From Candidatus Latescibacterota bacterium (GTDB lineage: Bacteria > Latescibacterota > UBA2968 > UBA8231), in NCBI GenBank assembly GCA_965208105.1, contig OZ242318.1:320001-384000 (forward strand): a DNA stretch of 64,000 nucleotides. The letters are read 5' to 3'. The notes under the pieces were generated by a model, which saw nothing but the letters and a program-made list of their open reading frames with translations, was not told the origin of the DNA and searched no databases. Shown piece by piece: positions 1 through 9,790 of this stretch (within the stretch, counting starts at the first letter, position 1; every line of letters starts with the position of its first letter). The position numbers and the translations under genes were made by a program.

Positions 1-1
1 G

Positions 2-280
2 AAGGACAGGGAGCAAGGCGCCCGATGCGACATCTGCGGCGAAGAATCCGAAGAAGAGGTCCCCATCACATTCTACCCGGTGAAACACGAAGACCGGCCG
101 GCCGATCTGTATCGGGCCCTGGTCCGCTTTGAGAAGGTCGACTACGGGGAGGAGGGACTCGTCCGCCTGGGAGATGCGCGCATCTGCCTGCGCTGCTTTC
201 TCATGCGCTGCATCGACAAGTTGCCGCGCAACGAGGCGCGGCTGACCTACCGGGACGGGCACCACGCCTACGAGGAATGA
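2..280 (+). CDS. 5'-truncated hypothetical protein with CxxC...CxxC (possible zinc-binding)
   Basis: Frame is open from the window start: ...ARCDICGEE...ICLRCF...; stop at 280. Confidence 0.55.
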   Translation, partial: KDREQGARCDICGEESEEEVPITFYPVKHEDRPADLYRALVRFEKVDYGEEGLVRLGDARICLRCFLMRCIDKLPRNEARLTYRDGHHAYEE

Positions 281-325
281 GCGGGCGGGGCGGGTTTTCG
301 GCAATTGACATAAAGGAGAAGAGAG

Positions 326-1168
326 ATGAGCCGGTTGCGACTGGTGGAGGAGGACCTGCGCTTCAAGTTTTACTTCGACGGACAGTTCTGCCTGGCCTAC
401 AACAAGGGGCATTTGAATCTGGGAGACTTCTACCTGTCGCGGCCCAATTTCTTTCCGGTCTATTCCCCCAGCGGCCGGCAGGTAACCACCAATTGCGCCT
501 ACCGCTACAACCACCACAAGTCCATCTTCATCGGCCACGCCAAGGTCAACGGCATAAACTTCTTCCACGACAACAATCACACCCGCGGCGATTTGGGAGA
601 CATCGAACTGGTGCAGGCCGAGGGTGAAACCGGCGGTTCCAGCATCCGGCTGCGCACCGAGAACAGGTGGGTCGCCAAGCAGGGGACCCACGTCCTGCAG
701 GAACAGCGGGATATTTCATGGACCCCCGGGCAGCGCGTCCACGTCCTCGACATTTCCAGCTCCCTCGTTCCCCAGGTGGATGAAGTCGTTTTCGACCAGG
801 ACAGCCACTCCTACATCGGGGTGCGGGTCGCCGACACGATGGATGTGGAGGACGGCGGCCGCCTGCTCAACTCCAGGGGCCAGGCAGACGAGGAGGAGAC
901 CATGGGAGAGTGCGCCGACTGGCTGGACTACAGCGGGACCGTGGCCGGCCGTTCGGTGGGCGTTACTCTCATGGCCCATCCCTCCAATCCTCCCTCACCT
1001 TTCTTCACCCGCGACTACGGCACCATGCTCTCGAATTTCACCTTGCTGGAGCCCTATGTGCTAAAAGGGGACGAGACCCTGGTGCAGCGTTTCCGCCTCC
1101 TCGTGCACGAGGGCGCCGCCGATGCCGGAGAGATCGGCCGCTACCATGCCCGTTTCGCAGATTCCTGA
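326..1168 (+). CDS. PmoA-like/DUF6807 family protein (beta-sandwich, not a true methane monooxygenase)
   Basis: RPNFFPVYSPSG, HHKSIFIGH, NSRG and W.DYSG motifs typical of this family; AAGGAG RBS. Confidence 0.7.
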   Translation: MSRLRLVEEDLRFKFYFDGQFCLAYNKGHLNLGDFYLSRPNFFPVYSPSGRQVTTNCAYRYNHHKSIFIGHAKVNGINFFHDNNHTRGDLGDIELVQAEGETGGSSIRLRTENRWVAKQGTHVLQEQRDISWTPGQRVHVLDISSSLVPQVDEVVFDQDSHSYIGVRVADTMDVEDGGRLLNSRGQADEEETMGECADWLDYSGTVAGRSVGVTLMAHPSNPPSPFFTRDYGTMLSNFTLLEPYVLKGDETLVQRFRLLVHEGAADAGEIGRYHARFADS

Positions 1169-1252
1169 AGGTCGTTGCGGTCATGGACCGGTCCTTTCGC
1201 CATTGCCTGGGTTGCCGGCCATCTCGCAAAGCAGGGAAGGAAGAAAATTGAA

Positions 1253-1987
1253 ATGCCCGAAAAACCGCTGAAGCAGAAGATGCGCGCCGGCGAGACGGTG
1301 GTGGGGGTGGTCATACCCTGCGCCATCGACCGCGTGGGTTTCCAGCGGATTATGGACCGGGGTCCGTACGAATTCGTCTCCGTCGACAGCCAGCATTCGG
1401 CGCTGAGTGAAAACGGTCTGGTGGACCTGTGCGCCCTGGCCGGCGAGTTCGGCATTCCCGTCCAGTTTCGCATCAAGCACACCCGCAATACCTACCTGAT
1501 CGGCAATTATCTGGACCTGGGTCCGGCGGGCGTGGAGGTTCCCCAGGTCGAGATGGAGGGGACCGTCGACGAGGCCATCGAGTACTTCTACTATCCGCCG
1601 GCAGGCGTGCGCAGCGTGGGCGGCGGCGCCCGCTTGAGGGTGGGGGAATTCGCCGATCCATTCGACTATGCCGAGTGGTGGAACGGCCATGGCCTCCTGT
1701 GGATGCAGCTGGAGTCGGTACAGGCGGTGGAAAAGGTGTTCTGTCTGGCCAAGGAGGGCGTCGATTGCGTATCTTTCGGCCCGACCGACCTGAGCTTCGA
1801 TTTGAGGAACCATCCTCACCCGCGTCTCGAGACCGTGGATGATTGCGTGCGCAGCGTGGTGAGTACCCTGGAAGATGTTCCGGTGGCGGTCTGCTTCCGT
1901 ACCTACAGCCCCGACCGCAGGCAGCGATACCTGGACATGGGGGTAGGGGTCATCCTCGAGCATCACCAGCATCTCGGGCTGCCGTGA
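1253..1987 (+). CDS. HpcH/HpaI aldolase family protein
   Basis: VDSQH, LDLG..GVEVP.VE, YYPPAGVRS, QLES and FGPTDLS motifs. Confidence 0.85.
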   Translation: MPEKPLKQKMRAGETVVGVVIPCAIDRVGFQRIMDRGPYEFVSVDSQHSALSENGLVDLCALAGEFGIPVQFRIKHTRNTYLIGNYLDLGPAGVEVPQVEMEGTVDEAIEYFYYPPAGVRSVGGGARLRVGEFADPFDYAEWWNGHGLLWMQLESVQAVEKVFCLAKEGVDCVSFGPTDLSFDLRNHPHPRLETVDDCVRSVVSTLEDVPVAVCFRTYSPDRRQRYLDMGVGVILEHHQHLGLP

Positions 1988-2114
1988 CTGGGGCCGCCGT
2001 CCCGGCGCCTAGACCTGCAGCCTGCCTGGCTCTTCCGGCCGCGGGCAGCCATGCCGGCGATAGTTCCCGGGGTCATTGCCGGGGAGGAGTTGATCAATCA
2101 GGGAGGAGCTGATC

Positions 2115-2756
2115 ATGAGGAGAGTGATTGCATCGGTCCTTGGGCCGGCTCTGTTCGGCCTCGTCGTCTGCGCCGGACAGCCCGCCCGGGCGGACTTGTC
2201 CGTCTTCGTGGGCAGGGTCAGTTTCGACGACGATGCCCACCTCGAGGGCGGCCCGGGGCTGGGGGCGCGCATGGGAAAGTCGGGGCGCCTCTGGGGAGGG
2301 GAAACCGCGCTGCTGATCGCCCGCCCTGAGCGCCGGCTCGATGGCACGAAGGAGACGGCCACCGCATTGTTCTACGAGGGCCGCTTCGCGGTCAACATTC
2401 CCGCCGGCCGCTTCATCCCCTTTCTCGGGTTGGGTTTGGGCGCCGTTACGGTGACCTCGACCACTGTTCCCGAAGGCGGCGACGATGCAAGGGTCGAGGC
2501 CCTGAAGGCCATAGCGGACCTGCAGACCAATAGTTCCCTGAGCTATGGGGGAGGGATCAAATACGCCCTCAACGAGTACCTGGAACTGAGGGCGGACCTC
2601 CGGCAGTACCTGGTCTTTTCGGTGCGCGGGCTGGCCGCCCGCGAGTTGCAGCGCCGGGCCGAGGCGCGGGCGGGAGTGGATTTGCCCGACGAGCTCACCG
2701 AGGACAGCACCGTCCAGTACGGTGAGCTGAGCCTGGGACTCGGATTCAGATTCTGA
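2115..2756 (+). CDS. Outer-membrane beta-barrel protein (OmpA-like 8-strand)
   Basis: Signal peptide, amphipathic strands (PFLGLGLG, YGGGIKY), C-terminal GLGFRF. Confidence 0.75.
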   Translation: MRRVIASVLGPALFGLVVCAGQPARADLSVFVGRVSFDDDAHLEGGPGLGARMGKSGRLWGGETALLIARPERRLDGTKETATALFYEGRFAVNIPAGRFIPFLGLGLGAVTVTSTTVPEGGDDARVEALKAIADLQTNSSLSYGGGIKYALNEYLELRADLRQYLVFSVRGLAARELQRRAEARAGVDLPDELTEDSTVQYGELSLGLGFRF

Positions 2757-2766
2757 TGTGGGGGCG

Positions 2767-4047
2767 ATGAATTTCTTTCGCTGGCGCGGCAGGCGGTCGG
2801 ACCTCCAGCAGGGGCGAACCGCATTCCAGTTTACCGAGGCGGTCTCGGAGGAGGAGCTCTTCGACGCCGCAACCGTACTGCTGGACCTGGAGGAGAGCGG
2901 AGACCTCGAGGAGGTCCTCGGGGTGCTCGACAGTTGCCTGGAGAAAATCCAGCAGCAGGGCAAGGAAGCGAAGGTGCACCGGCTCGTCGCCAGGGTCGAG
3001 GAGGAGTTCCAGCAGAGGCCGGTGGGACCCCACCAACTCGCCCAGCTGGCCGCGGTGTACCAGCGTCTCGAGGAGGGGGACAGGTCCTCCTGCCTTCATC
3101 GCGCCCTCGGCTTGTCGGTGGAAGCATTGCGCCGCTACCGGGAGGCAGGCGCGCGCCGGGGGGCAGCGATCGTCCTCAACAACTTGGGGGTTGTCTACAA
3201 CGAACTGGGAGCTTCCAGTCCCCAGTTTTTTCAAAAGGCCATACCCGCTCTTGAGGAAGCTCTGCGGTTCTACCAGGAGGAGAACGAGGCCGACTGCCAG
3301 CTTTCCATCTACATGTCTCTGGGGGATGCCTATGCCGGGCTCGAGGAACCCGGGCCGGACCACCTCGAGCTTGCGCTGGAGTACTACGACCGGGTCTGGA
3401 GTCTGTCCGGGCAGTCCGGGGCCAGACTCGAGCAGGCCGCGGCCATGGGACGCCTGGGTGAGGTTCAACTTCAACTCGGGGCCTATTTCGGAGATGAGGC
3501 CCTGGCCAAGGCGGAGAACCATTTTCGCGAATCCTTGAACATCTACGTCGAGGAGCAGAAGCCCTCGGACTGCGCCTACTACCAGACCTGCCTGGCAGAG
3601 GTCTACCTGGCTCTCTCCAAGTCCGACAAGGAGTACCTGATCCAGGCCCTGCACGCCTACGAGGGGGCGCTGGAGTTCTACGAGAAGGCATCCGACAGAG
3701 TCCATGTGGCCGATACCTGCATGGAGATGGCCCGCCTGCATCAGGACCTCAGGGACAGGGATCAGGGAGGGCATCTCTCTTCAGCCGTGGAGCTCTACTT
3801 CAAGGCCATGAGGATCAACCAGGATCTGGGCCGCGACGCCGAGCGGGGAGTCGCTCTGCAGGAGCTTGCCCTCATCTATCTGGATGCGGGCGCCGGCAGC
3901 GCCTCGGCTGACGTCGCCCAGGCCATGCGCTGCCTCGAGTCGGCGGCCGAGGCCTTCGAGGAGGCCGACCTGAAGGACGAGTACAGGACGGTGGTTGAGC
4001 AGTTGGAGCAGGTCAGGCGGTTCTTCGCCCCTCCGCCTCCGTCCTGA
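2767..4047 (+). CDS. Tetratricopeptide-repeat protein
   Basis: Repeated helical TPR motifs (LNNLGVVY, AIPALEEAL, ALEYY). Confidence 0.75.
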   Translation: MNFFRWRGRRSDLQQGRTAFQFTEAVSEEELFDAATVLLDLEESGDLEEVLGVLDSCLEKIQQQGKEAKVHRLVARVEEEFQQRPVGPHQLAQLAAVYQRLEEGDRSSCLHRALGLSVEALRRYREAGARRGAAIVLNNLGVVYNELGASSPQFFQKAIPALEEALRFYQEENEADCQLSIYMSLGDAYAGLEEPGPDHLELALEYYDRVWSLSGQSGARLEQAAAMGRLGEVQLQLGAYFGDEALAKAENHFRESLNIYVEEQKPSDCAYYQTCLAEVYLALSKSDKEYLIQALHAYEGALEFYEKASDRVHVADTCMEMARLHQDLRDRDQGGHLSSAVELYFKAMRINQDLGRDAERGVALQELALIYLDAGAGSASADVAQAMRCLESAAEAFEEADLKDEYRTVVEQLEQVRRFFAPPPPS

Positions 4048-4089
4048 TCCTGCATTCCTGCAGCCGAAATCAAGGAGGACAAACCCGGG

Positions 4090-4734
4090 ATGCCCGCCGG
4101 CAGGGAGGTTCGTTCAGGTGAGTTGCCGCCGGCCTCGAACGGGAGCAGGGCGGACCGCCGCGGCAGGGAGATCGTCGTTGTTTCCGGACTGCCCCGGTGC
4201 GGAACCTCCATGATGATGAGGATGCTGGAAGCCGGCGGCCACCCGGTGCTCACGGACCACCTGAGGGGGCCGGACGCGGACAACCCGGGCGGCTACTACG
4301 AGTTCGAGCCGGTCAAGAAAATCGGTGAGAGTGCAGACTGGCTGGGACGGGCCTCCGGCCAGGCGGTCAAGATCATCTCCAGGCTGCTATTCCAGCTGCC
4401 GGCGGGGTTCCACTACAGGGTCATCTTCATGCGGAGAAGCATGGACGAGGTCCTGGCTTCCCAGCGCTGCATGCTTGCCAGGAGGGGACAGCCGGTTCGC
4501 CCCGAGGAGGACGAGGCCATGGGGCGGTTGTTCCGCCGGCATCTGGAGGAAGTGGAACGCTGGTTGCGAGTCCAGGAGGGTATCGAGACCCTCCGGGTCA
4601 GCTACAACGAGACTCTGAAATTTCCACTTGAGCAGGCTCGAAGGGTAAATGGATTCCTCGGCGGCCGGCTCGATCCGGCAAGGATGGCCGCCGTGGTCGA
4701 CATGACCCTTTACCGCCAGCGCAGCAAACCATGA
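4090..4734 (+). CDS. Sulfotransferase family protein
   Basis: PAPS-binding loop SGLPRCGTSMMM, NPGGYYE, FMRR...VLAS. Confidence 0.8.
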   Translation: MPAGREVRSGELPPASNGSRADRRGREIVVVSGLPRCGTSMMMRMLEAGGHPVLTDHLRGPDADNPGGYYEFEPVKKIGESADWLGRASGQAVKIISRLLFQLPAGFHYRVIFMRRSMDEVLASQRCMLARRGQPVRPEEDEAMGRLFRRHLEEVERWLRVQEGIETLRVSYNETLKFPLEQARRVNGFLGGRLDPARMAAVVDMTLYRQRSKP

Positions 4735-5390
4735 GGAGACATGCCATGAATGGGCTGAGGGCTGTATTCTGCGCCTTCCTGCTGGCTGGCTGCAGCCAGA
4801 ACTACAGCGAGAAACGAGGGGAGGAAGCGCTGCGGGAAAGGGGATTGCAGGTACCGGAGGCTGCCAAGGGCGAGACGGCGCCCGCCCAGTCCCCCGGCGG
4901 CGAGTCGGCAGAGCGCCATAGTCTGGGCGGGATCACCGCGGTGGCGCCCGAGGGCTGGAAGCGGATGGCACCCGCCAGCAGCATGCGTGCGGCGGAGTAC
5001 CACCTCGAAGATGGCGGGAATGGTGGAAATGCGGTGGTGGCGGTGTTCTACTTCGGTCGCAACCAGGGAGGGTCGGTGGAGGCGAATATCGAACGCTGGT
5101 ACGGGCAATTCCTCCAACCCGACGGCAGCGCCACCACAGATCGAGCCCGGCGCTGGGAACGCCAGGTGGGGGGTATGAAGGTGACTCTGGTGGATATAAG
5201 CGGGACCTTCAGCGGGGGTATGGGACCCATGGGGGCGTCCGCTGAGGCCAAACCCGGGCACCGCATGCTCGGGGCCATTCTGGAATCCGCCATCGGTCCT
5301 TTCTTCTTCAAGCTGACCGGCCCTGATGAGATCGTGGAACGGTGGGAAGGCAGCTTCGAGCAGTTCATCGGAAGTATCGAGGCGGAGTAG
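4731..5390 (+). CDS. Conserved hypothetical lipoprotein
   Basis: Lipobox LAGC; GGSVEANIERWYGQF and FFKLTGP motifs; overlaps upstream stop (ATGA). Confidence 0.7.
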   Translation: MRRHAMNGLRAVFCAFLLAGCSQNYSEKRGEEALRERGLQVPEAAKGETAPAQSPGGESAERHSLGGITAVAPEGWKRMAPASSMRAAEYHLEDGGNGGNAVVAVFYFGRNQGGSVEANIERWYGQFLQPDGSATTDRARRWERQVGGMKVTLVDISGTFSGGMGPMGASAEAKPGHRMLGAILESAIGPFFFKLTGPDEIVERWEGSFEQFIGSIEAE

Positions 5391-5470
5391 GCGGAGCGGC
5401 AACTTTCGGAGAGGGAAGTGCTGTCCATGCCAATCATTGCCGTTGCCTCGGAGGAGACGGGCCCATGTAC

Positions 5471-6307
5471 ATGCAACTCGAAGACGAATTCGGCGATATC
5501 GTCGGCAAGGCCAGGAGGGGACAGGAGCTCGAGCCGGCGGCCCTTGCCCGGCAGGCCGGGTTGACCCCCGAGGATTTGCGCCGCATCGAGAACTACGAGT
5601 GGACGCCGGAGGATCCCGTGGTCGAAAACCTGGCGCAGGGTCTCGGGCTGCATCCGGGAAAGCTCAAGGTCAGTGCTGCCAGGCGCTATTTTCCCCTTTA
5701 TCCTGCGGGACATCCTCTCGACGAAATGGTGGTGGAGATGATGGTCCTGGGCGAGGATTTCCTGGTGAACGGCTATGTGGTCGGCTGCAGGAAAACGGGA
5801 AAAGGCGCTGTCATCGACCCGGGATTCGATGCGGAGAAGATTCTGAGGACGGTGGAAGCCACGGGTCTGGAGATCGAGCAGGTACTGCTTACCCACGGGC
5901 ACGGAGATCACGTCGGCGCGCTGTCGGAAATCTGCCAGGCCATGGAGGCCCCGGCATTCATCCACGCCGCCGATGTTTCCCTTCTGGGACCCGGGAGGAC
6001 CAAAATCGAAGGGGAGATCGTCGAGGGAAGGATTATCGCCATCGGCCACCAGTCCTTCCTTCCCCTGGCTACTCCAGGCCATACGCCGGGAGGAATCACC
6101 CTCGTCAACGACCAGGTTGCTTTCGTCGGGGATGCGCTCTTCGCCGGGTCGCTGGGGGGCACCCGCAGGCGCTCCGACTACGACCTCCAGCGCAAGGCGG
6201 TGGAAACCGGGATTCTTGATCTTCAGGATCGGGTTGTTCTCTTCCCGGGACACGGGCCGGCGACTACGGTTGGCGAAGAGAAGGCCAACAACCCGTTTTT
6301 CGCCTGA
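5471..6307 (+). CDS. XRE-HTH fused metallo-beta-lactamase-fold hydrolase (glyoxalase II-like)
   Basis: N-terminal HTH (LARQAGLT..LRRIE); THGHGDH, PGHTPG, GDALF, PGHG. Confidence 0.85.
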   Translation: MQLEDEFGDIVGKARRGQELEPAALARQAGLTPEDLRRIENYEWTPEDPVVENLAQGLGLHPGKLKVSAARRYFPLYPAGHPLDEMVVEMMVLGEDFLVNGYVVGCRKTGKGAVIDPGFDAEKILRTVEATGLEIEQVLLTHGHGDHVGALSEICQAMEAPAFIHAADVSLLGPGRTKIEGEIVEGRIIAIGHQSFLPLATPGHTPGGITLVNDQVAFVGDALFAGSLGGTRRRSDYDLQRKAVETGILDLQDRVVLFPGHGPATTVGEEKANNPFFA

Positions 6308-7168
6308 TCATCGGACGAGCCGGTCGTTCAGGGTCCAGTCGTAGTCGTTGAAGGAAATGGCCACGTCGGGGTTCTGACGCAGGTATGCCGTCTGCTCGGC
6401 CTTCAGGTAGGGCATCAGGTAGTCGATAAGGGTGGGATCGGCCGGAGGGTCAGCGCGGTCCGCTGGAAACCACTCGACGAAGTCGGAGCCGAACCACAGC
6501 ATGATTTTGGACAGGTGGAGCAGACCCTTGCCGGCATCGATGCGGACCTGCCGTGGATCGCCGGCAAATCTCTGCAGCGCTGCATCGAGTCTGAGGTCGA
6601 GGTCTTCTCCGCGAAAGGCCCTGTCCTCCAGGGGCGGACAACTGACCGCGGCGCAGTTGACGGCAAAGTGGATGCGCGGCTCCCTGTAGCGCTGGCGGAT
6701 TATGCCGTGCTCCAACTCGTCCAGGGTGAGGCTGTCGCCGCCAGCCTGAAAGTACAATCTGGAAAAGAATCCGCTCTCTTCCCCGATGTCCATGACCGTC
6801 GCCACCGGATATTCGTCGATCACTCCCTTCAGTACAAAGGCATTGTAGGCGTTGATCCAATAGGCCAGTTCGTGCCGCGGCGCCGGAAAGCGGTCCGGAT
6901 GACTTCGCGGGCTGAAACTGCCCAGGCTGTCGATGTAGGCGTCCAGTGAATCCCTGTTGGCCTTGAGACCGGTATAGTCCACCCGGCCATCGCGGTCCAC
7001 GTAGGCGCGCAGGACCCCGTCGAAGAGTTCGTGGGAGAATGGCGCGGCCGCCTGGGCCCCGCCGGCGATAACGGCGGGGAGGCCGACACACAGCAGGTGG
7101 AGTGATATTAGCGGTATGGTTGCCAGGCGAACCTTTCCCCTGGGGGATTGAGCCTCGGTGGGTTTCAT
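6308..7168 (-). CDS. DUF547 domain secreted protein
   Basis: G.VDY, LAYWINAYNA, EPRIHFAVNCAAVSCP, YDW.LN. Confidence 0.9.
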   Translation of the reverse strand: MKPTEAQSPRGKVRLATIPLISLHLLCVGLPAVIAGGAQAAAPFSHELFDGVLRAYVDRDGRVDYTGLKANRDSLDAYIDSLGSFSPRSHPDRFPAPRHELAYWINAYNAFVLKGVIDEYPVATVMDIGEESGFFSRLYFQAGGDSLTLDELEHGIIRQRYREPRIHFAVNCAAVSCPPLEDRAFRGEDLDLRLDAALQRFAGDPRQVRIDAGKGLLHLSKIMLWFGSDFVEWFPADRADPPADPTLIDYLMPYLKAEQTAYLRQNPDVAISFNDYDWTLNDRLVR

Positions 7169-7377
7169 TTTCTGCTCTGCAACAGGTCTCCGGGGCCGGC
7201 CTTGGACTAGTTTGAACTCGGACCGGCCTGGATGCGGCGGACGCCAAACCGGTGGCGGCCCCTTCTACTCTTGCCGACCGGGACCTCACAACACCTGCCG
7301 GGGACCGCGGGCCCATCCGGTCATTCGCTATCAAGATAAACGGGGAGCGCCGGGATTCAAGTCCCGAAGGAGAAAGT

Positions 7378-9693
7378 GTGGATCGGTCGATTATTCTCAA
7401 AGAGGTGACAGAGGGTCCGCTCGAGGGGGTGGACCTGGAAATTCCTCTGGGGCGCCTGGTGTGCTTCGTGGGGCGCCAGGGATCGGGCTGCCGGACCCTG
7501 GCTGTGGACGTTCTCTACCCCGAGAGCCGGCGGCGCTACATGCTGACCCTTTCACCTTTCGAACGCGAAAGTCTGGGTGGTCCCGGAGGGGTTGTGGTGG
7601 AAGGTGTGAGCGGACTGCCGCCTGCCCTGTTCTACGACGGCCTGGGGAGGCGCCCCAGGGAGACGGTGGCTGCCTACCTCCAGGTGGACCAGGCATTGGC
7701 ACAGTTGTTGCATCAACGGGGCGAGGTGGCATGCCTCGAATGCGGTGGAGTGTGCCGCTCCTACAGTGTGGAAGAGGCGGCAGAAGAGGTCCTCCGGGTG
7801 CTGAAGGAGGAACGGGCCCTTTTGCTGGCGCCCTTGTCCCGGGGGGAGGAAACTCCCTGGCCCTCCGTCCTCGTGGAGCTTCAAAAGGCCGGATTTCTGC
7901 GCATCCGCCGCGGGGGAAAGGTGATGAGGCTGGATGAAGGAGGGATTCCAGGGGGCGCCATCCCGGATGAGGCCAGGCTCGAGGTGGTCATAGACCGGCT
8001 TGTCGGGGGGGCAGGCAGGAAAAGCAGGATCATCGAGGCAATCCACAACGCCCGCGCCATCTCCGGGGGACGGACCCTGCTGGTGGGCTCGGATACGGGC
8101 AAGGAGACAGTGCTGAACCAGCAGTTGACCTGCGGCCGATGCGGGACCTCCTGCGGGGACCTGGTTGCCGAAGATTTCTCAGGCTCCGGAAAGGGGCGCG
8201 GGACCCTGGCTCGCCAGGTCTCGATCAATGGCCTTGGCCTCGGGGACCTGGAGCATATGGACCTCGGCAGTATGGCGCGGTTTCTGCGCCGGATCGACGA
8301 TCCCGGCAGCAGGGTGGCCGCGGCCATCACCTCCCTGGAGGAGGGATGCAGCCTGGGCCTGGAATACCTCGCGCTGTCGCGCAGCACGAGGCAGCTTTCC
8401 ACCGGAGAGTGGCAGCGCCTCCTCCTGGCCAACTGCTTGGGCAGTCGGATGACGGGAATCCTCTACATTTTCTCAGCCCCGACCGCCGGGCTCACCGGAC
8501 GCGACATCCTTCTCTGCATCCAGGGACTGCGTCGGCTCGTGGACCGGGGGAACACCGTGGTTGCCGTCGACCATGCGCCGTCCTTGCTGATGGAGGCGGA
8601 CGCAGTCATCGCCTTCGAGGAAGGCCGGGCGAGGAGGTCGAGAGGATCGGGTCTGAAGCGCATGTCCGGGTCACCCATCCGGGAAAAGCCTGGCCGGGCT
8701 GGACCTGAAATATGGATCCGCGGCGGCGCTTTCAGGAACCTGGCTTCCATCGACCTCCACCTGCCGCTGCAGCGTCTGGTCGGGGTTACGGGGCCTTCGG
8801 GGTCGGGAAAGACCACCCTGCTCGACGAGGTGGTGGCCCCGCTCCTGCGCGGAAGGACCGTCCGCGCAGGAGCGGGGAACAAGCGCATCGTGCTCCAGGG
8901 GGCGGACCTGGTACGCAGGGTTACGCAGATCTCGGGACAACGGACCGGCAAGGGCAAACTCCTGCTGGAAGAGCTGCAACTATTCGGCTATCTCGGTAAA
9001 CTCTTTGCCGCCACCCCGGCGGCGCGCCAGCGCAACTGTCCCCCCGAGTGGTTTCTGCTGGACAGGCCCGGGGGGCGCTGCACTGCCTGTGAGGGCAGAG
9101 GTGTTCTGCGCTACGATCTGCACTTCCTGGAGGATGTCTCTCTACCCTGTCCCTCCTGCGGGGGCCGCCGCTACCGCCCGGAGATGCTGGAAATCACCCG
9201 GAATGGCCTGAATATTGCCGATGTCCTGGATTTGTCTGTCGAGCAGGGGAGGCGCCATTTCCACCGCGATGGTCCGACCGCGTCGAGGTTGGCGGCCGCG
9301 CAATCCTGCGGATTGGGTAGTTGCCTCCTGGGGAGATCCAGTGCCCAACTGGAGCGGGGGGAGTTTCTGCGCCTGCAATTGTCCGTTGAGCTGGCCCGGG
9401 CATCTCCCTCGGAGCTGATCCTTCTGGACCACCCGGCAGGTGGGGATCACCCCGGCGATCTGGAGCAGACTGTTCGGGCCCTGGATGCAGTCGTAGCCAG
9501 GGGAGCATCCGTCCTGATGGAAGAGAACCGCCATGAGCTACTGGCTGAGGCCGATTGGCTGATCGCCATGGAAAGGGAAAGTGGAGAGCGAGGCATGGGA
9601 CGAATCGTCGCCGCGGGAACCCCGGAGGATCTGATGGCCGGGCAGGAGGTTGTCCCATCCCCGAGGCGGTCCTCGCGGGGCGATGGGGAATAG
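7378..9693 (+). CDS. Degenerate UvrA-like ABC ATPase paralog
   Basis: UvrA architecture (ESRRRY, GLPPA, LSTGEWQR, NLASID, GPSGSGKT, GRCTACEG..CPSC) with altered catalytic motifs; GTG start after GAAGGAG. Confidence 0.8.
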   Translation: MDRSIILKEVTEGPLEGVDLEIPLGRLVCFVGRQGSGCRTLAVDVLYPESRRRYMLTLSPFERESLGGPGGVVVEGVSGLPPALFYDGLGRRPRETVAAYLQVDQALAQLLHQRGEVACLECGGVCRSYSVEEAAEEVLRVLKEERALLLAPLSRGEETPWPSVLVELQKAGFLRIRRGGKVMRLDEGGIPGGAIPDEARLEVVIDRLVGGAGRKSRIIEAIHNARAISGGRTLLVGSDTGKETVLNQQLTCGRCGTSCGDLVAEDFSGSGKGRGTLARQVSINGLGLGDLEHMDLGSMARFLRRIDDPGSRVAAAITSLEEGCSLGLEYLALSRSTRQLSTGEWQRLLLANCLGSRMTGILYIFSAPTAGLTGRDILLCIQGLRRLVDRGNTVVAVDHAPSLLMEADAVIAFEEGRARRSRGSGLKRMSGSPIREKPGRAGPEIWIRGGAFRNLASIDLHLPLQRLVGVTGPSGSGKTTLLDEVVAPLLRGRTVRAGAGNKRIVLQGADLVRRVTQISGQRTGKGKLLLEELQLFGYLGKLFAATPAARQRNCPPEWFLLDRPGGRCTACEGRGVLRYDLHFLEDVSLPCPSCGGRRYRPEMLEITRNGLNIADVLDLSVEQGRRHFHRDGPTASRLAAAQSCGLGSCLLGRSSAQLERGEFLRLQLSVELARASPSELILLDHPAGGDHPGDLEQTVRALDAVVARGASVLMEENRHELLAEADWLIAMERESGERGMGRIVAAGTPEDLMAGQEVVPSPRRSSRGDGE

Positions 9694-9790
9694 CCGCCGG
9701 GTCAGGGTTGACGAAGTTCACTATAAGTATTTATTTTCTAATGTATATGGAATTGTGCAGCGCCGTTGCGGAAAGGCCGCCAGGAAGCCC

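Noticed and set aside
326-1168. Methane monooxygenase (from the PmoA family name)
   Set aside because: Soluble beta-rich protein with no TM helices and no pmoB/pmoC; the family name is a misnomer.
7350-7367. T-loop-like CGGGATTCAAGTCCCG suggesting a tRNA remnant or att site
   Set aside because: No cloverleaf, CCA end or integrase; it overlaps a plausible minus-strand promoter.
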